Below the pieces are notes generated by a model. The model saw only the letters and a program-made list of their open reading frames with translations. It was not told where the DNA came from and made no database searches. The translations under genes and the position numbers were made by a program. 64,000 nt of DNA from Acidimicrobiia bacterium (lineage in GTDB: Bacteria > Actinomycetota > Acidimicrobiia > Spongiisociales > UBA11373). Of this stretch, positions 20,194-30,125 are shown piece after piece (the first letter of the stretch is position 1; each line of letters starts with the position of its first letter). The stretch spans positions 32,511-96,510 of the forward strand of contig JAJCYA010000002.1 in NCBI GenBank assembly GCA_029263095.1, in the 5' to 3' direction.

Positions 20194-21624
20194 AACGACC
20201 ATCCCCTGATCATCCAGGGCGGCATGGGTGTGGCCGTGTCGGATTGGCGTCTTGCCAAGGCGGTGTCTTCCGAGGGTCAGCTCGGCGTCGTATCCGGCAC
20301 CGGTATCGACGCTGTGCTCGTCCGACGACTCCAACTCGGTGACCCGGGTGGCGAGATCCGGCGCGCGCTCGATGCCTTCCCTATCCCGGGCGTCGTCGAT
20401 GACATTCTCGATCGCTATTTCATCGATGGCGGCAAGGCACCTGAAGCACGTTTCAAGCAGAAGCCGATGGGCAGACTCAAACCGTCCCGTCGCCTACAAG
20501 ATCTCCTGGTCGTCGGGAACTTCGTCGAGGTCTGGCTCGCCAAGGAAGGTCACTCCAACCCGGTGGGTATCAACTACCTGGAGAAGATCCAGGCGCCGAC
20601 GCTCCATTCGCTATACGGCGCCGCGCTGGCGGGTGTGGATTACGTCCTGATCGGGGCCGGAATCCCACGCGCTATCCCTGGGATCCTGGACCGGCTCTCT
20701 GATGGGTTGCCGGTCGAGATGAAGGTGGACATGAAGAAGGCCACCCCCGACGATGACCCCTTCGTTCGATTCGACCCAGTGGAGTACGGGCGCGGCATGC
20801 TCCCCCAGATCGGGCGACCTGACTTCCTTGCCATCGTGTCGTCCCACGTGCTCGCCAACATGCTGGTCAACAGGGTCGAATCCCGAGTTGACGGCTTCAT
20901 TGTCGAATCCCCAACGGCAGGCGGCCACAACGCGCCACCGCGCGGCAAGGTCGAGCTGAATGATCGGGGCGAACCCATCTACGGAGAACGGGACATCCCC
21001 GACCTGGCGGTCTTTCGTGATCTAGATCGGCCTTTTTGGATGGCAGGTCTGTACGCCAGACCCGAACGGCTCAAGGAAGCTCTCGCCGAGGGTGCGGCCG
21101 GGGTCCAAGTGGGCACAGCGTTCGCGTACTGCGAGGAGTCGGGTCTGCAGCTCACCGTCAAGGCTCAGGTTCTCGAGGAGAGCCGCAAGATGCGTGCCCG
21201 AGTGGTTACGGACCCGCTCGGCTCGCCGACGGGGTTCCCCTTCAAGATGGTGGCGCTGGCCGGGACCTTGGCCGACGAGGCGGTCTACGCCGACCGAACG
21301 CGTGTGTGCGACCTCGGGTATCTCCGAGTGGCCTACGTCGATGAGGACGGCAAGAAGGGATGGCGGTGCCCATCCGAACCGATCGACGACTACGTCCGTA
21401 AGGGCGGTGATGTTGCGGACACGGTTGGGCGAAAGTGCCTCTGCAACGCCCTCCTGTCCAATGTCGGCCTCGGTCAGATCAAGCGAGACGGTTCTGAGGA
21501 GCCGATTCTCGTGACATCGGGCGACGACGTAGTCGACGTCGCCCGATTCCTTCCGGAAGGCGCGGCCAGCTACCGGGCCAAGGACGTCATCGACTATCTC
21601 CTCACAGGCATCACCACGGGTTAG
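20194..21624 (+). CDS. Nitronate monooxygenase (NMO, 2-nitropropane dioxygenase-like; FMN TIM barrel)
   Basis: VNDHPLIIQGGMGVAVS...GAGIPRAIPG...ESPTAGGHN motifs. The ORF-track start at 20095 is probably too early. Confidence 0.8.
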   Translation, partial: NDHPLIIQGGMGVAVSDWRLAKAVSSEGQLGVVSGTGIDAVLVRRLQLGDPGGEIRRALDAFPIPGVVDDILDRYFIDGGKAPEARFKQKPMGRLKPSRRLQDLLVVGNFVEVWLAKEGHSNPVGINYLEKIQAPTLHSLYGAALAGVDYVLIGAGIPRAIPGILDRLSDGLPVEMKVDMKKATPDDDPFVRFDPVEYGRGMLPQIGRPDFLAIVSSHVLANMLVNRVESRVDGFIVESPTAGGHNAPPRGKVELNDRGEPIYGERDIPDLAVFRDLDRPFWMAGLYARPERLKEALAEGAAGVQVGTAFAYCEESGLQLTVKAQVLEESRKMRARVVTDPLGSPTGFPFKMVALAGTLADEAVYADRTRVCDLGYLRVAYVDEDGKKGWRCPSEPIDDYVRKGGDVADTVGRKCLCNALLSNVGLGQIKRDGSEEPILVTSGDDVVDVARFLPEGAASYRAKDVIDYLLTGITTG

Positions 21625-21747
21625 CCCGCCGCCGGACGACGCTTCACCTTCGCCGCTCTCACAGGGGATCTGTCAGGTACCCGACAGAACGCTCCTAATC
21701 ACGTCGCCTGCTGGTTGATCTCAGGGAACGATCAAAGGCGTCGACAG

Positions 21748-22845
21748 ATGACAACGGACCTCGATCCTCAACCGGATGCGGTACAGGAGGAGTTGTGGCC
21801 GACTGAGGGTGGGCCCTCCACCACCAGGTCCTCTTCCCCATCGAGTTGGGTGGCAGGTATCACGGTGCTCGCCATCGCCGTTTTGGCGATCGGGTTCGCC
21901 ATTGGCCGATCGCTTGCCACCTCTACCCCGCCCGTCGTCGCTTCTTCCTCGCGAGGACCGATCGTCGTCACAGCTCCCGCTTCGCAACAAGCTGTTGACC
22001 CAGGCAACATCGCTGCGGTTGCGGCGTTGCTGAGTCCGTCGGTGGTCCAACTCGAATCCGACACGGGTCTCGGCTCGGGCGTGATCTTCGATTCTTCCGG
22101 TCTGATTCTCACGGCGGCGCATGTTCTCGATGGCGCCGACACGATCCGGGTGCGTTTGGCGGATGGGCGGTTGCTCCCAGGCACCGTGGTCGGAACGCAC
22201 CCCACCACCGATGTTGGTGTCGTATCCATCGAAGGTGATGGATACCCGACCGCGGTGCTGGGCTACGGAACAGCTGCGAGCGTCGGTGAGACGGCCATCG
22301 CCCTCGGCAGCCCGTTCGGGTTCGAGCAGACAGTGACGGCCGGCATCGTGAGCGCCAACGGCCGCAACATCAACGGCGTGCCGATGGTGCAGACCGATGC
22401 AGCCATCAACCCCGGGAACTCAGGCGGACCCCTCGTCAACGGTGTCGGGCATGTCATCGGCATCAACGACGTGATCTTCTCTCAGGGCGGGGGCAACGAC
22501 GGAATCGGGTTTGCGATCGCCATCGACATTGCGATCGTCGTGGCCGAACAGATCGTCGCCGGCGGCGACGTGCAGCTGGCAGCTCTCGGAGTGGCAACGA
22601 TCCCCAACACGAGTGGTGACGGTGGTGCCATCGTGCGTGAGGTCTTTGATGGCTCGGCCGCCAGCGACGCCGGATTCCAGATCGGCGACCGGATAGTCAA
22701 AGTGGACGGAAGCTCCGTGTTCGATCCCGGCGACCTTTTTGCAGAAGTTGTCACCCATCGACCGGGTGAGATCGTGGAGATCGAATTCTCGCGGGGCGGA
22801 CAATCGCAACTGATCTCGGTCGCTCTGGACGGTATCGAGCGTTAG
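21748..22845 (+). CDS. HtrA/DegP-family serine protease with a C-terminal PDZ domain, membrane-anchored
   Basis: Catalytic triad context TAAHVL...D...GNSGGPL, then a PDZ domain (GAIVREVFDGSAASDAGFQIGDRIVKVDG). Confidence 0.85.
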   Translation: MTTDLDPQPDAVQEELWPTEGGPSTTRSSSPSSWVAGITVLAIAVLAIGFAIGRSLATSTPPVVASSSRGPIVVTAPASQQAVDPGNIAAVAALLSPSVVQLESDTGLGSGVIFDSSGLILTAAHVLDGADTIRVRLADGRLLPGTVVGTHPTTDVGVVSIEGDGYPTAVLGYGTAASVGETAIALGSPFGFEQTVTAGIVSANGRNINGVPMVQTDAAINPGNSGGPLVNGVGHVIGINDVIFSQGGGNDGIGFAIAIDIAIVVAEQIVAGGDVQLAALGVATIPNTSGDGGAIVREVFDGSAASDAGFQIGDRIVKVDGSSVFDPGDLFAEVVTHRPGEIVEIEFSRGGQSQLISVALDGIER

Positions 22846-22912
22846 GCGCAGCTGCGATGTCGCGTGACCTGAATGGGATCCGATACCTGTCTCCGGACCA
22901 GTCGACCGGCCG

Positions 22913-23230
22913 TTAGCCCGCCTCCGTAGCCAGGTGGCTCTTGAGGATTGCGGCGGCGTAAGCCTCAGGCCAATCTGCCCCGTTGGTGGCTCTTTCCTGA
23001 AAGGCCCTGTCCGCACCGACCAGCAGATACACGAGGTCTGCGCGGGTTGGTATCTCACCGAGTCGACTTCCAAGCCTCGCCTGCAGGTACCGGGCGTACC
23101 ACATCGCCCACTCAGGATCGACACCGTCGGAGGCAGAGTACGCCGCATGGTGCCGGTGAGCGGTCTCCCTCAGGAGTTCGGCAAGTTCACCTACGCCGAC
23201 CGGACCCTCCGGCTCGGACGGTGCCCCCAT
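22913..23230 (-). CDS. Hypothetical 105-aa protein, translationally coupled (ATGA) to the upstream GltS-like gene
   Basis: MGAPSEPEGPVGVGELAELLRETAHRHHAAY...WAMWYARYLQARLG. The start overlaps the stop of 23230..24843. Confidence 0.45.
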   Translation of the reverse strand: MGAPSEPEGPVGVGELAELLRETAHRHHAAYSASDGVDPEWAMWYARYLQARLGSRLGEIPTRADLVYLLVGADRAFQERATNGADWPEAYAAAILKSHLATEAG

Positions 23231-24843
23231 CAGCCCACGCCGCCGTAGCGGATGCCCGTCAGTTCGGCCATGTCGTTCTTGAAGGTAGTGAGGTCTGCGG
23301 GAGCGAACTCGCTCAGGTGGCGATGGCCGGTCGCGCGAGCCAAGACCTGCATCATCTCGACGGTGGCCGAGAAGAATCTGGCCAGTCGCTCCGCGGCGGT
23401 ATCCACCGGCAGTCGCTGTCGCAGGTCCTCTCTCTGTGTAGCGATTCCGACCGGGCAGTTGTTGGTGTGGCACGCCCGCATGCCGATGCAGCCGATGGCC
23501 TGCATCGCAGAGTTGGAGACTGCCACCGCGTCGGCTCCCAGCGCCATCGCCTTGACGAAGTCGGCAGCGATCCGAAGCCCGCCGGCGATCACGAGCGTCA
23601 CATCGCCGGCGTCGGAAGCATCTAGATGCCTCCTGGCGCGAGCAAGCGCCGGAATGGTCGGTACCGAGATGTTGTCGCGGAAGAGGATCGGCGCCGCACC
23701 TGTCCCACCCCCCCGACCGTCGAGAATCACGTAGTCGACGCCCGCAGCCAATGCAGCGTCGAGATCCAATTCGATTTGCTGAGCCGACAGTTTGAAGCCG
23801 ACCGGAATCCCACCCGTCCTCTCCCGCACCTCGGCGGCAAACTCGGCGAACTGCTCCGGGTGGGTCCACTCCGGAAACCGAGGAGGTGAAATTGCAGGCG
23901 AACCCGGCTCGAGGCCGCGCACCTCCGCTATCTCTCCGACGACCTTGTCTCCGGGAAGATGGCCACCCGTTCCCGTCTTGGCCCCTTGACCTCCCTTGAA
24001 GTGCATTGCCTGCGCCTTCTCGACTTTGTCCCACGAGAAGCCGAACCGACCCGAGGCAAGCTCGTAGAGGTAGCGGTCGTTGGCCTCCTGCTCGGCAGGC
24101 AACATGCCGCCCTCGCCTGAGCAGATAGCGGTTCCCGCCTGCTGGGCACCCCGGGCCAGAGAGATCTTCGCCTCACGCGACAACGCACCAAAACTCATGT
24201 CGGACACAAACAGAGGGATGTCGAGGTGGAGCGGCTTGTCGGCCCTGGGTCCGATCACGACGTCGGTGCCTACGGCCTCGTCCTCCAGGAGAGGTGGCGT
24301 TGCCAGCTGCGCTGTCACGAGCTGGATGTCCTCCCATTTGGGCAGGCTGTCGCGCGGCACACCCATCGCCGCTACTTCTCCGTGGTGTCCGGTGAGGGTC
24401 AGGCCGTTGCTTGCCAGCTGACGGATCTGGCGGACGAATGGCTCCTCGGGTGTGCCATGCGGATCCTGATAGGCCCCCTGGTAGGCATCGCGGTCGTACG
24501 GCTGCGGGTTGTCCTTGGCCCACTCCCCGATCTCATCGGCGTCCACCCACACGCCGTCGTCCTCCACCCACGAGTGGAAGCGATGCAACCGCTCATCGTT
24601 CTGGTACTGAGAGACGCCCGTCCGGTACCGGTAGTCCCAGTTGTGGACGCCGCAGATGAGGTTCTCGCCCCGAATCGCGCCGTCGGCCAGATAGGCGCCG
24701 CGGTGGAGGCACCTGCCGTACAGCACTGAGACGGCGTCGGCATCCTTCCAACGGACCAGCACCAGGTCGACCCCCGCCACGAGGGCACTCGTAGGTTTGA
24801 GCTGTGGGAGCTCTGACCATGTCGCGATCCGTTGCGGCTGCAT
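23230..24843 (-). CDS. Glutamate-synthase-related FMN-binding protein (GltB domain-2 family) with an N-terminal Rieske [2Fe-2S] domain
   Basis: CLHRGAYLADG...CGVHNWDY (Rieske CxH...CxxH), followed by GEGG...GGTGAAP and GADAVAVSN motifs of GltS-like TIM barrels. Confidence 0.8.
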   Translation of the reverse strand: MQPQRIATWSELPQLKPTSALVAGVDLVLVRWKDADAVSVLYGRCLHRGAYLADGAIRGENLICGVHNWDYRYRTGVSQYQNDERLHRFHSWVEDDGVWVDADEIGEWAKDNPQPYDRDAYQGAYQDPHGTPEEPFVRQIRQLASNGLTLTGHHGEVAAMGVPRDSLPKWEDIQLVTAQLATPPLLEDEAVGTDVVIGPRADKPLHLDIPLFVSDMSFGALSREAKISLARGAQQAGTAICSGEGGMLPAEQEANDRYLYELASGRFGFSWDKVEKAQAMHFKGGQGAKTGTGGHLPGDKVVGEIAEVRGLEPGSPAISPPRFPEWTHPEQFAEFAAEVRERTGGIPVGFKLSAQQIELDLDAALAAGVDYVILDGRGGGTGAAPILFRDNISVPTIPALARARRHLDASDAGDVTLVIAGGLRIAADFVKAMALGADAVAVSNSAMQAIGCIGMRACHTNNCPVGIATQREDLRQRLPVDTAAERLARFFSATVEMMQVLARATGHRHLSEFAPADLTTFKNDMAELTGIRYGGVG

Positions 24844-24918
24844 CCTGCTCCTCCGACGGTGAGGTTCGCCACCGTATCCACGACGGGCAACGGACTCCGT
24901 CAGCGACGAATTCCCGAT

Positions 24919-26217
24919 TCAGGGAGTCGGCTCCGGAGCGGTCGCCGGAGTGAGGTCCTCCCAGGAGTCGGTGGCGGCGTCATAGATCAAGGTGACTCCT
25001 GCGTTGAAGATCACGATCCGACCGTCTCCGGTGGGCGCCGCGGCGTGGACCCCGATCCAAGCCGGAGCCGGTGTCCGCGGTTCCCACTCGGCGGTCTGTG
25101 GATCAAACGCCCAGACTTCGTCGGAAGAGGCAAATGCCTTCGTGGTACCGCTCTCCGTGATCGTGGTCTGGTACCAAGCGCCGCCTATCACGAATACCAA
25201 GCCGGTACTGGGCTCGTACACCATCTGATGTAGCCAACGGGGCTCAGGTGTGGCGACACCGAATGTCTCTACTTCGGTCCAGACCAGGTCCGATGCGCTG
25301 AAGCTCCACATGGTGCCATCGCCAGCGGTGCTCTCTGTCTGGCCTCCCCAGAGGTAGATGAGTTCTGTGCCCGGGTCGTAGACCATCTGGTGACACGCCC
25401 TGGCTTCGGGCGCAGATTCTGTTTCGACGGCTTCCCATACGTTGTCGGACGCTTCATACACCCATGTGTCATCCAGCAGCTCCGCCCGATTGCGCGATAC
25501 GAATTCTCCAATCCCGCCGAGAAGCACCAGTCGATCCGACGTGGGGTCGTAGGCGATGGCATGGCCCCACCGGTCGGTGGGCGGAGCCGTCGGGGACAAC
25601 CACGACCACGCGCCGGAGGCAACATCGAGCGACCACATGTCAACCTCCGTATCGCGTACCAGTGCGAACCGGGAGCATCCCGACACGGGATCAGAACCGC
25701 CGCCCACCACGACCACCTCGCCCAGCGAGTCGACATAGGCGATGGCATGTCCCGCCCTCTGAGGGGGCACCAACGTGGCATCGAGCATTCGCCACCGATT
25801 CTCCGAGGCGCTGTAGAGCCAGGTATCGGCCAACACTTGGCCTCCCGTCCATGAGCCCCCACTTGAACCGCCGAACATCACAACGGTCTCCGAGTCGGGG
25901 TCGAACTCCATCTTGCCTGCGATCAACTCAGGCGGATACTGGGTCGGTGTTGTCCCGGTCGTGGGCGTCGGATCTGTGGTTACGGGGGTCCTCGGTTCGG
26001 GGACCGGATCCGGTGTGGCGGACTCGGAGGATGCCAAGGTGTCACTGGTGGCCACCGTTGTAGAAGGCTCCCCTCCGGTGACGGCGATGTAGCCGGCGAC
26101 GCCTATTCCGATCACAAACAGTGTGATTGTCACGGGCCAGAGGGCGGATCTGGACGTCTCATCGAGAACGGGCTCGGAGAGGAGAGCAAGGAGATCGCTG
26201 CGGTCGCTGTCCGCCAC
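24919..26217 (-). CDS. Membrane-anchored Kelch-repeat beta-propeller protein (432 aa)
   Basis: An N-terminal TM and Thr/Pro linker, then repeated GG..W units (MFGGSSGG..W, VVGGGSD, LLGGIGE, LWGGQTE, VIGGAWY) typical of Kelch blades. Confidence 0.7.
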   Translation of the reverse strand: MADSDRSDLLALLSEPVLDETSRSALWPVTITLFVIGIGVAGYIAVTGGEPSTTVATSDTLASSESATPDPVPEPRTPVTTDPTPTTGTTPTQYPPELIAGKMEFDPDSETVVMFGGSSGGSWTGGQVLADTWLYSASENRWRMLDATLVPPQRAGHAIAYVDSLGEVVVVGGGSDPVSGCSRFALVRDTEVDMWSLDVASGAWSWLSPTAPPTDRWGHAIAYDPTSDRLVLLGGIGEFVSRNRAELLDDTWVYEASDNVWEAVETESAPEARACHQMVYDPGTELIYLWGGQTESTAGDGTMWSFSASDLVWTEVETFGVATPEPRWLHQMVYEPSTGLVFVIGGAWYQTTITESGTTKAFASSDEVWAFDPQTAEWEPRTPAPAWIGVHAAAPTGDGRIVIFNAGVTLIYDAATDSWEDLTPATAPEPTP

Positions 26218-26287
26218 ACGTCGATTCTATGACCCGACAGCCAGAAAGTGGGCGGGCGACCCGTAAGTCGGACAGAGCCGGAAGCGC

Positions 26288-26875
26288 TTGGATGTCATAA
26301 CGGATCGTGAGTCGAGCGAGTATCAGGTAGTGAGTGAGCCAGCCGATCGTGTCGGGGAGGGCGTAGCGACCCCCGTTGTCGGGGGCGTCGAACCGTTTGA
26401 AGCGTTCTACAGACGCGAATACGACCGCGCCGTACGGCTCGCCTACGTGCTGTCTGGGAGCCAATGGGGAGCCGAGGACCTGGTACAAGACGCTTTCGTC
26501 TCGGCGCACCGAAACTGGCAGACCATTGGGAGCTACGAGAGTCCGGCCGGATGGGTGCGGCGCGTGATCGCGAACCGATCCGTTTCCAGATACCGGAGAA
26601 GGGCTGCCGAAGGGCGCGCTCTGTTGAAGATGGCGGCGAGTTCTAGGAGGGTGCTTCCCGATCTCAGTCCGGAGACGGAGGAGGTCTGGGATGCGGTGCG
26701 CCGACTCCCCCGCCGGCAAGCCCAAGTGGTGGCGTTGACCTACTTGGACGGGTTGTCACTACAGGAGGTGGCCGATGTCCTGGACGTAGCGGTTCCCACG
26801 GTCGGCACCCATCTTCAACGTGGCCGGAAGGCTTTGTCTCACATCCTGGCGATCGCAGAGGAGGTCGAATCATGA
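26288..26875 (+). CDS. ECF (sigma-70 family, group IV) RNA polymerase sigma factor
   Basis: Region 2 (FEAFYRREYDRAVRLAYVLSGSQWGAEDLVQDAF) and region 4 (ALTYLDGLSLQEVADVLDVAVPTVGTHLQRGRKAL). Listed from TTG at 26288; the true start is possibly downstream. Confidence 0.8.
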   Translation: MDVITDRESSEYQVVSEPADRVGEGVATPVVGGVEPFEAFYRREYDRAVRLAYVLSGSQWGAEDLVQDAFVSAHRNWQTIGSYESPAGWVRRVIANRSVSRYRRRAAEGRALLKMAASSRRVLPDLSPETEEVWDAVRRLPRRQAQVVALTYLDGLSLQEVADVLDVAVPTVGTHLQRGRKALSHILAIAEEVES

Positions 26876-27681
26876 AGCTCGACACCCGGCTCCAAGCTGC
26901 AGCGGACGAAACCCGGGACCAGTTGAGGGGGCTCACGCCACCGCCGCTCAGGTCGTCGAATCGACGCCTCGCGGCAGTTGCGGGCATCGCCGTCGCAGCG
27001 GCTCTCGTGGTAACGGTGATTGTCTGGAGCGGGATCTCTCCGCTCAGCCGTCCGGCCGCAGAGGGGATCTATCTCGCTCCGGGGGAGATTCTCCTCGCAG
27101 AGGATCCGACCGTCGTGCAAGGAGCGCCCGCCGTCGAGGCTCGATTCGATACTGCCGAGTTGGGTGAGGAAGCTCCGCTCGGTACCGTGACGGATGTCGC
27201 GGGATTGGTCTCTCGGATCGGCGAGATCCATGAGGGTGACGTCTTTAGGATCACGGTGATTGGTATCACCGGCGACGGTGCGACGGCGGCACTCGTATTG
27301 ACCGACACGGCCAACGGCGTGGATCCAAGCGGGCGAGTCCTACGGCTGCTCTGCATTTGGATCGACGAGATATCGGCATGCGGTGGGGCTCCTGCTGAGA
27401 GCCTTGCCGGCCAGTCCGGAGGGTTCCCGGGCGGTGAACTGGCGCCGTCGCTCGCGCTTAGCTTCGATCATCCCGGTCCAAGTGAGTTGGGGTGGGGATC
27501 GCTACCAGAAGGTACATCCGTGGTTGTCCTTGGTGTGAACGGCATCTCCCGATGGCAGCTGCCCGTCGGCGGAGTAGCAGTCTTCGACACCGATCTGCTT
27601 GACGGAGACGAGTTCGTCATGACCGCGCTGGACGCAGACGGCAACACGATCGTGCGTCAATCCTTGGTCGCCGGGGGCTGA
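26872..27681 (+). CDS. Putative membrane-spanning anti-sigma factor (single TM), ATGA-coupled to the sigma gene
   Basis: A short cytoplasmic N-terminus, TM AAVAGIAVAAALVVTVIVW and an extracytoplasmic domain. It has no zinc (HxxxCxxC) motif, so the call is positional. Confidence 0.5.
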   Translation: MKLDTRLQAAADETRDQLRGLTPPPLRSSNRRLAAVAGIAVAAALVVTVIVWSGISPLSRPAAEGIYLAPGEILLAEDPTVVQGAPAVEARFDTAELGEEAPLGTVTDVAGLVSRIGEIHEGDVFRITVIGITGDGATAALVLTDTANGVDPSGRVLRLLCIWIDEISACGGAPAESLAGQSGGFPGGELAPSLALSFDHPGPSELGWGSLPEGTSVVVLGVNGISRWQLPVGGVAVFDTDLLDGDEFVMTALDADGNTIVRQSLVAGG

Positions 27682-27696
27682 CCGGCTGCTGGACTT

Positions 27697-28965
27697 CTAC
27701 AGATCGTTTCTGACGAGATCCTCGAGAGTCTCACGGCGGACAACCAACCGGGCGTCACCGGCCCGAGCGAAGACGACGGCGGGACGCAGCATTTTGTTGT
27801 AGTTGGAGCCCATCGAGTGCCCGTATGCCCCGGTCACAGGCGTCGCCAGCAGGTCCCCTACCGCTAGATCGCTCGGCACTTGAGCATCCCACGCCAGCAC
27901 GTCGCCGGATTCGCAGTGCTTGCCCACCAGCCGAATCGGCTTGGACCGCTCACCGGCCACCGACCGTGGCAGAAACGTCTCGTAGCCGCTGCCGTAGAGG
28001 ACCGGTCGCGGATTGTCGCTCATCCCCCCATCGACGGCGACATATGTCCTGATGCCCGGGATCTCCTTGATGCTGCCCACCGTGTAGAGCGTCACCGCTC
28101 CTGAGGCCACTATCGCCCGGCCCGGCTCTGCCCAGATTTGTGATTCGAGACCCAAGGATTCGGCGGCCGCTCGCAGTGTTGCGGCCCACTCAGCGATCGT
28201 GGGAGCAGACTCGCCCTCGACATAGGCCACTCCGAGACCCCCGCCGACCACCAATTCCGGCAAGTCGAAGGGGGCCGCAAAGTCGGCGACCACATGAAGC
28301 GCCTCGGCAAACGACTCCACTCGGAAGACTTGGGAGCCAATGTGGGTGTGTATGCCTCGCACATCGAACGCCGACGACTCCAGGGCTCGTCGGATGGCGC
28401 GTTCGGCGTCTCCATTGGCCACGGTGAATCCGAACTTGGAGTCATCCTGGCCTGTTGTCACGTACTCATGGGTGTGGGCATCGACCCCCGGCGCCACCCT
28501 GAGGAACACAGTAGGGACCGGGTGCCCATCCTCTACCAGACGCTCCACTCGGTCCATCTCGTCGAAGCCGTCCACTACCAGCCGCCCAACACCCTGCTCG
28601 AGGGCCATTTCGAGTTCGCGCTGCGACTTGTTGTTGCCGTGATAGACGAGTCGCTCCGGCGGTACTCCGGCACTCACTGCGACGAACGCTTCACCCGCGG
28701 TGGAAACATCTATCCGCATCCCCTCCTCGTGGGCCAGGCGGGCCATCGCCAGGCAGAGAAAGGCCTTGGATGCGTACACCGCCCCGTCACCAAAGGCGGT
28801 CACGGCTTGGCGGCACCGCTCCCGAACATGATCCTCGTCGTACACGAACAGGGGGGTACCGAACTGTGCGGCAAGTTCGATGATGTCGCATCCGCCGATC
28901 GTCAGCTGACCAGCCTCACCGAAGGCCGCGTTGTCGGGCAGCAGGCTCGTCGGTAGGGCGGACAT
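27697..28965 (-). CDS. lysA: Diaminopimelate decarboxylase
   Basis: A PLP fold-type III decarboxylase with YASKAF (PLP Lys), HTHIGSQ, GGGLGV and CESGD motifs. The ORF extends to 29013 and the start is probably MSALPTSLLP. Confidence 0.9.
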   Translation of the reverse strand: MSALPTSLLPDNAAFGEAGQLTIGGCDIIELAAQFGTPLFVYDEDHVRERCRQAVTAFGDGAVYASKAFLCLAMARLAHEEGMRIDVSTAGEAFVAVSAGVPPERLVYHGNNKSQRELEMALEQGVGRLVVDGFDEMDRVERLVEDGHPVPTVFLRVAPGVDAHTHEYVTTGQDDSKFGFTVANGDAERAIRRALESSAFDVRGIHTHIGSQVFRVESFAEALHVVADFAAPFDLPELVVGGGLGVAYVEGESAPTIAEWAATLRAAAESLGLESQIWAEPGRAIVASGAVTLYTVGSIKEIPGIRTYVAVDGGMSDNPRPVLYGSGYETFLPRSVAGERSKPIRLVGKHCESGDVLAWDAQVPSDLAVGDLLATPVTGAYGHSMGSNYNKMLRPAVVFARAGDARLVVRRETLEDLVRNDL

Positions 28966-29019
28966 GGCCGGCGATGGTACCGGCCCCAGGATTCTCGAAG
29001 GGAAGGCCGACACGGCGAT

Positions 29020-29946
29020 CTATCCGGCGATCCCCTCCACAAGCACGTCGTCGATGAGCATCACATCGAAGTCGTCGCCGGGGATAATCATCGGGCCCCA
29101 CCACGCGGGGGCGGGGGCAATGCTGCCCGACCAAAGCAGGGCGAACCCACCGTTGACGTAGACCTCCACCGAACTGCCCGATACCACCAGGTGAAGCTCA
29201 TTCCAGGCATCGATCGTGAATCCGTCCGGAATCGGCGCCGACTCCTCTTCCGCGAACTCGGTGCCGCTCCATCGTTTGACCCAGACGTTTCCGTCGGCGG
29301 TGTCCACGTACGCCATCACGTAGAAGGCCAGACCGTCGGCCGGGTCCTCCGACAACACAACCGCTCCGTACTTGGCATCCGGCTGGTCCGGAAGCGGATA
29401 GAGCTGGAAAGTGATCTCGGCATCTGGGTACGCGCTGGGGTACATGACCGGTAGGACGAAATCGGCTCCCTTGCCCACGACCCGCAACCTGGCAGCATCA
29501 TCGACCGTCGCTTCCATGAATTCGCTTGGGAAGAGCGGGAACGCCGTCGTCGCCCCATCAAAGGAATCCGTGAGCAGCGGGGGAATCGTCGAAGTAGTGG
29601 TCGTCGTCGACGTCGTGGTGGAGCTGGTCGTCGTCGTGCTGCTGTTGGTGCTCGACGTGCCGGCGGTGGTGGTGGTGGTGGATGGCAGAGAGGTCGTCGG
29701 TGCGTCCGTCGTGGAGGTGGATTCGAGGGCGAACGTGGTGGACGAACCGCCCGGAAGCGTCACCAGCGGCTGACCCGGGTCCAGGGATGCACTTGAGTCG
29801 TCTCCGCCGAACCAGCCGAGACCAAAACCAGCGACCACCAGGGCGATGGCCGCACCCCCGGAATACAAGGCCCACGGAGGGAGGCTGTTGGAGCCTACGG
29901 TTGGACTTGGGCGTGGAGGCGCTGGAGGCGGGGGTGGTTGCGTCAT
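29020..29946 (-). CDS. Hypothetical membrane-anchored protein with a Pro-rich N-terminus, TM, Ser/Thr-rich linker and a C-terminal beta-sandwich-like domain
   Basis: MTQPPPPPAPPRPSP, then a TM, then STTTTTAGTSSTNSSTTTTSSTTTSTTTTTST, then a ~190-aa C-terminal domain. Confidence 0.5.
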   Translation of the reverse strand: MTQPPPPPAPPRPSPTVGSNSLPPWALYSGGAAIALVVAGFGLGWFGGDDSSASLDPGQPLVTLPGGSSTTFALESTSTTDAPTTSLPSTTTTTAGTSSTNSSTTTTSSTTTSTTTTTSTIPPLLTDSFDGATTAFPLFPSEFMEATVDDAARLRVVGKGADFVLPVMYPSAYPDAEITFQLYPLPDQPDAKYGAVVLSEDPADGLAFYVMAYVDTADGNVWVKRWSGTEFAEEESAPIPDGFTIDAWNELHLVVSGSSVEVYVNGGFALLWSGSIAPAPAWWGPMIIPGDDFDVMLIDDVLVEGIAG

Positions 29947-30125
29947 TCAAATCCAGGCTACCGACTGCCCCGCCAAACGAGCACCGATCCTCGCGACGTC
30001 TCCGGGACGGGGATGCTCTCGAGTCCGGCAGTCGCAGAGCAAGTCGGTCCGGCCATGGAGGAGAGCTCGCAGTCGGGTTCGCTCACCGACGCGATCGGCC
30101 CATACACTCCGGTGCATGATGAAGG

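Noticed and set aside
22913-24034. 373-aa - strand ORF
   Set aside because: Only its last 105 codons, downstream of the GltS-like stop, form a plausible gene. The rest is an out-of-frame overlap of the Rieske-GltS gene with Arg/Gly-rich junk composition.
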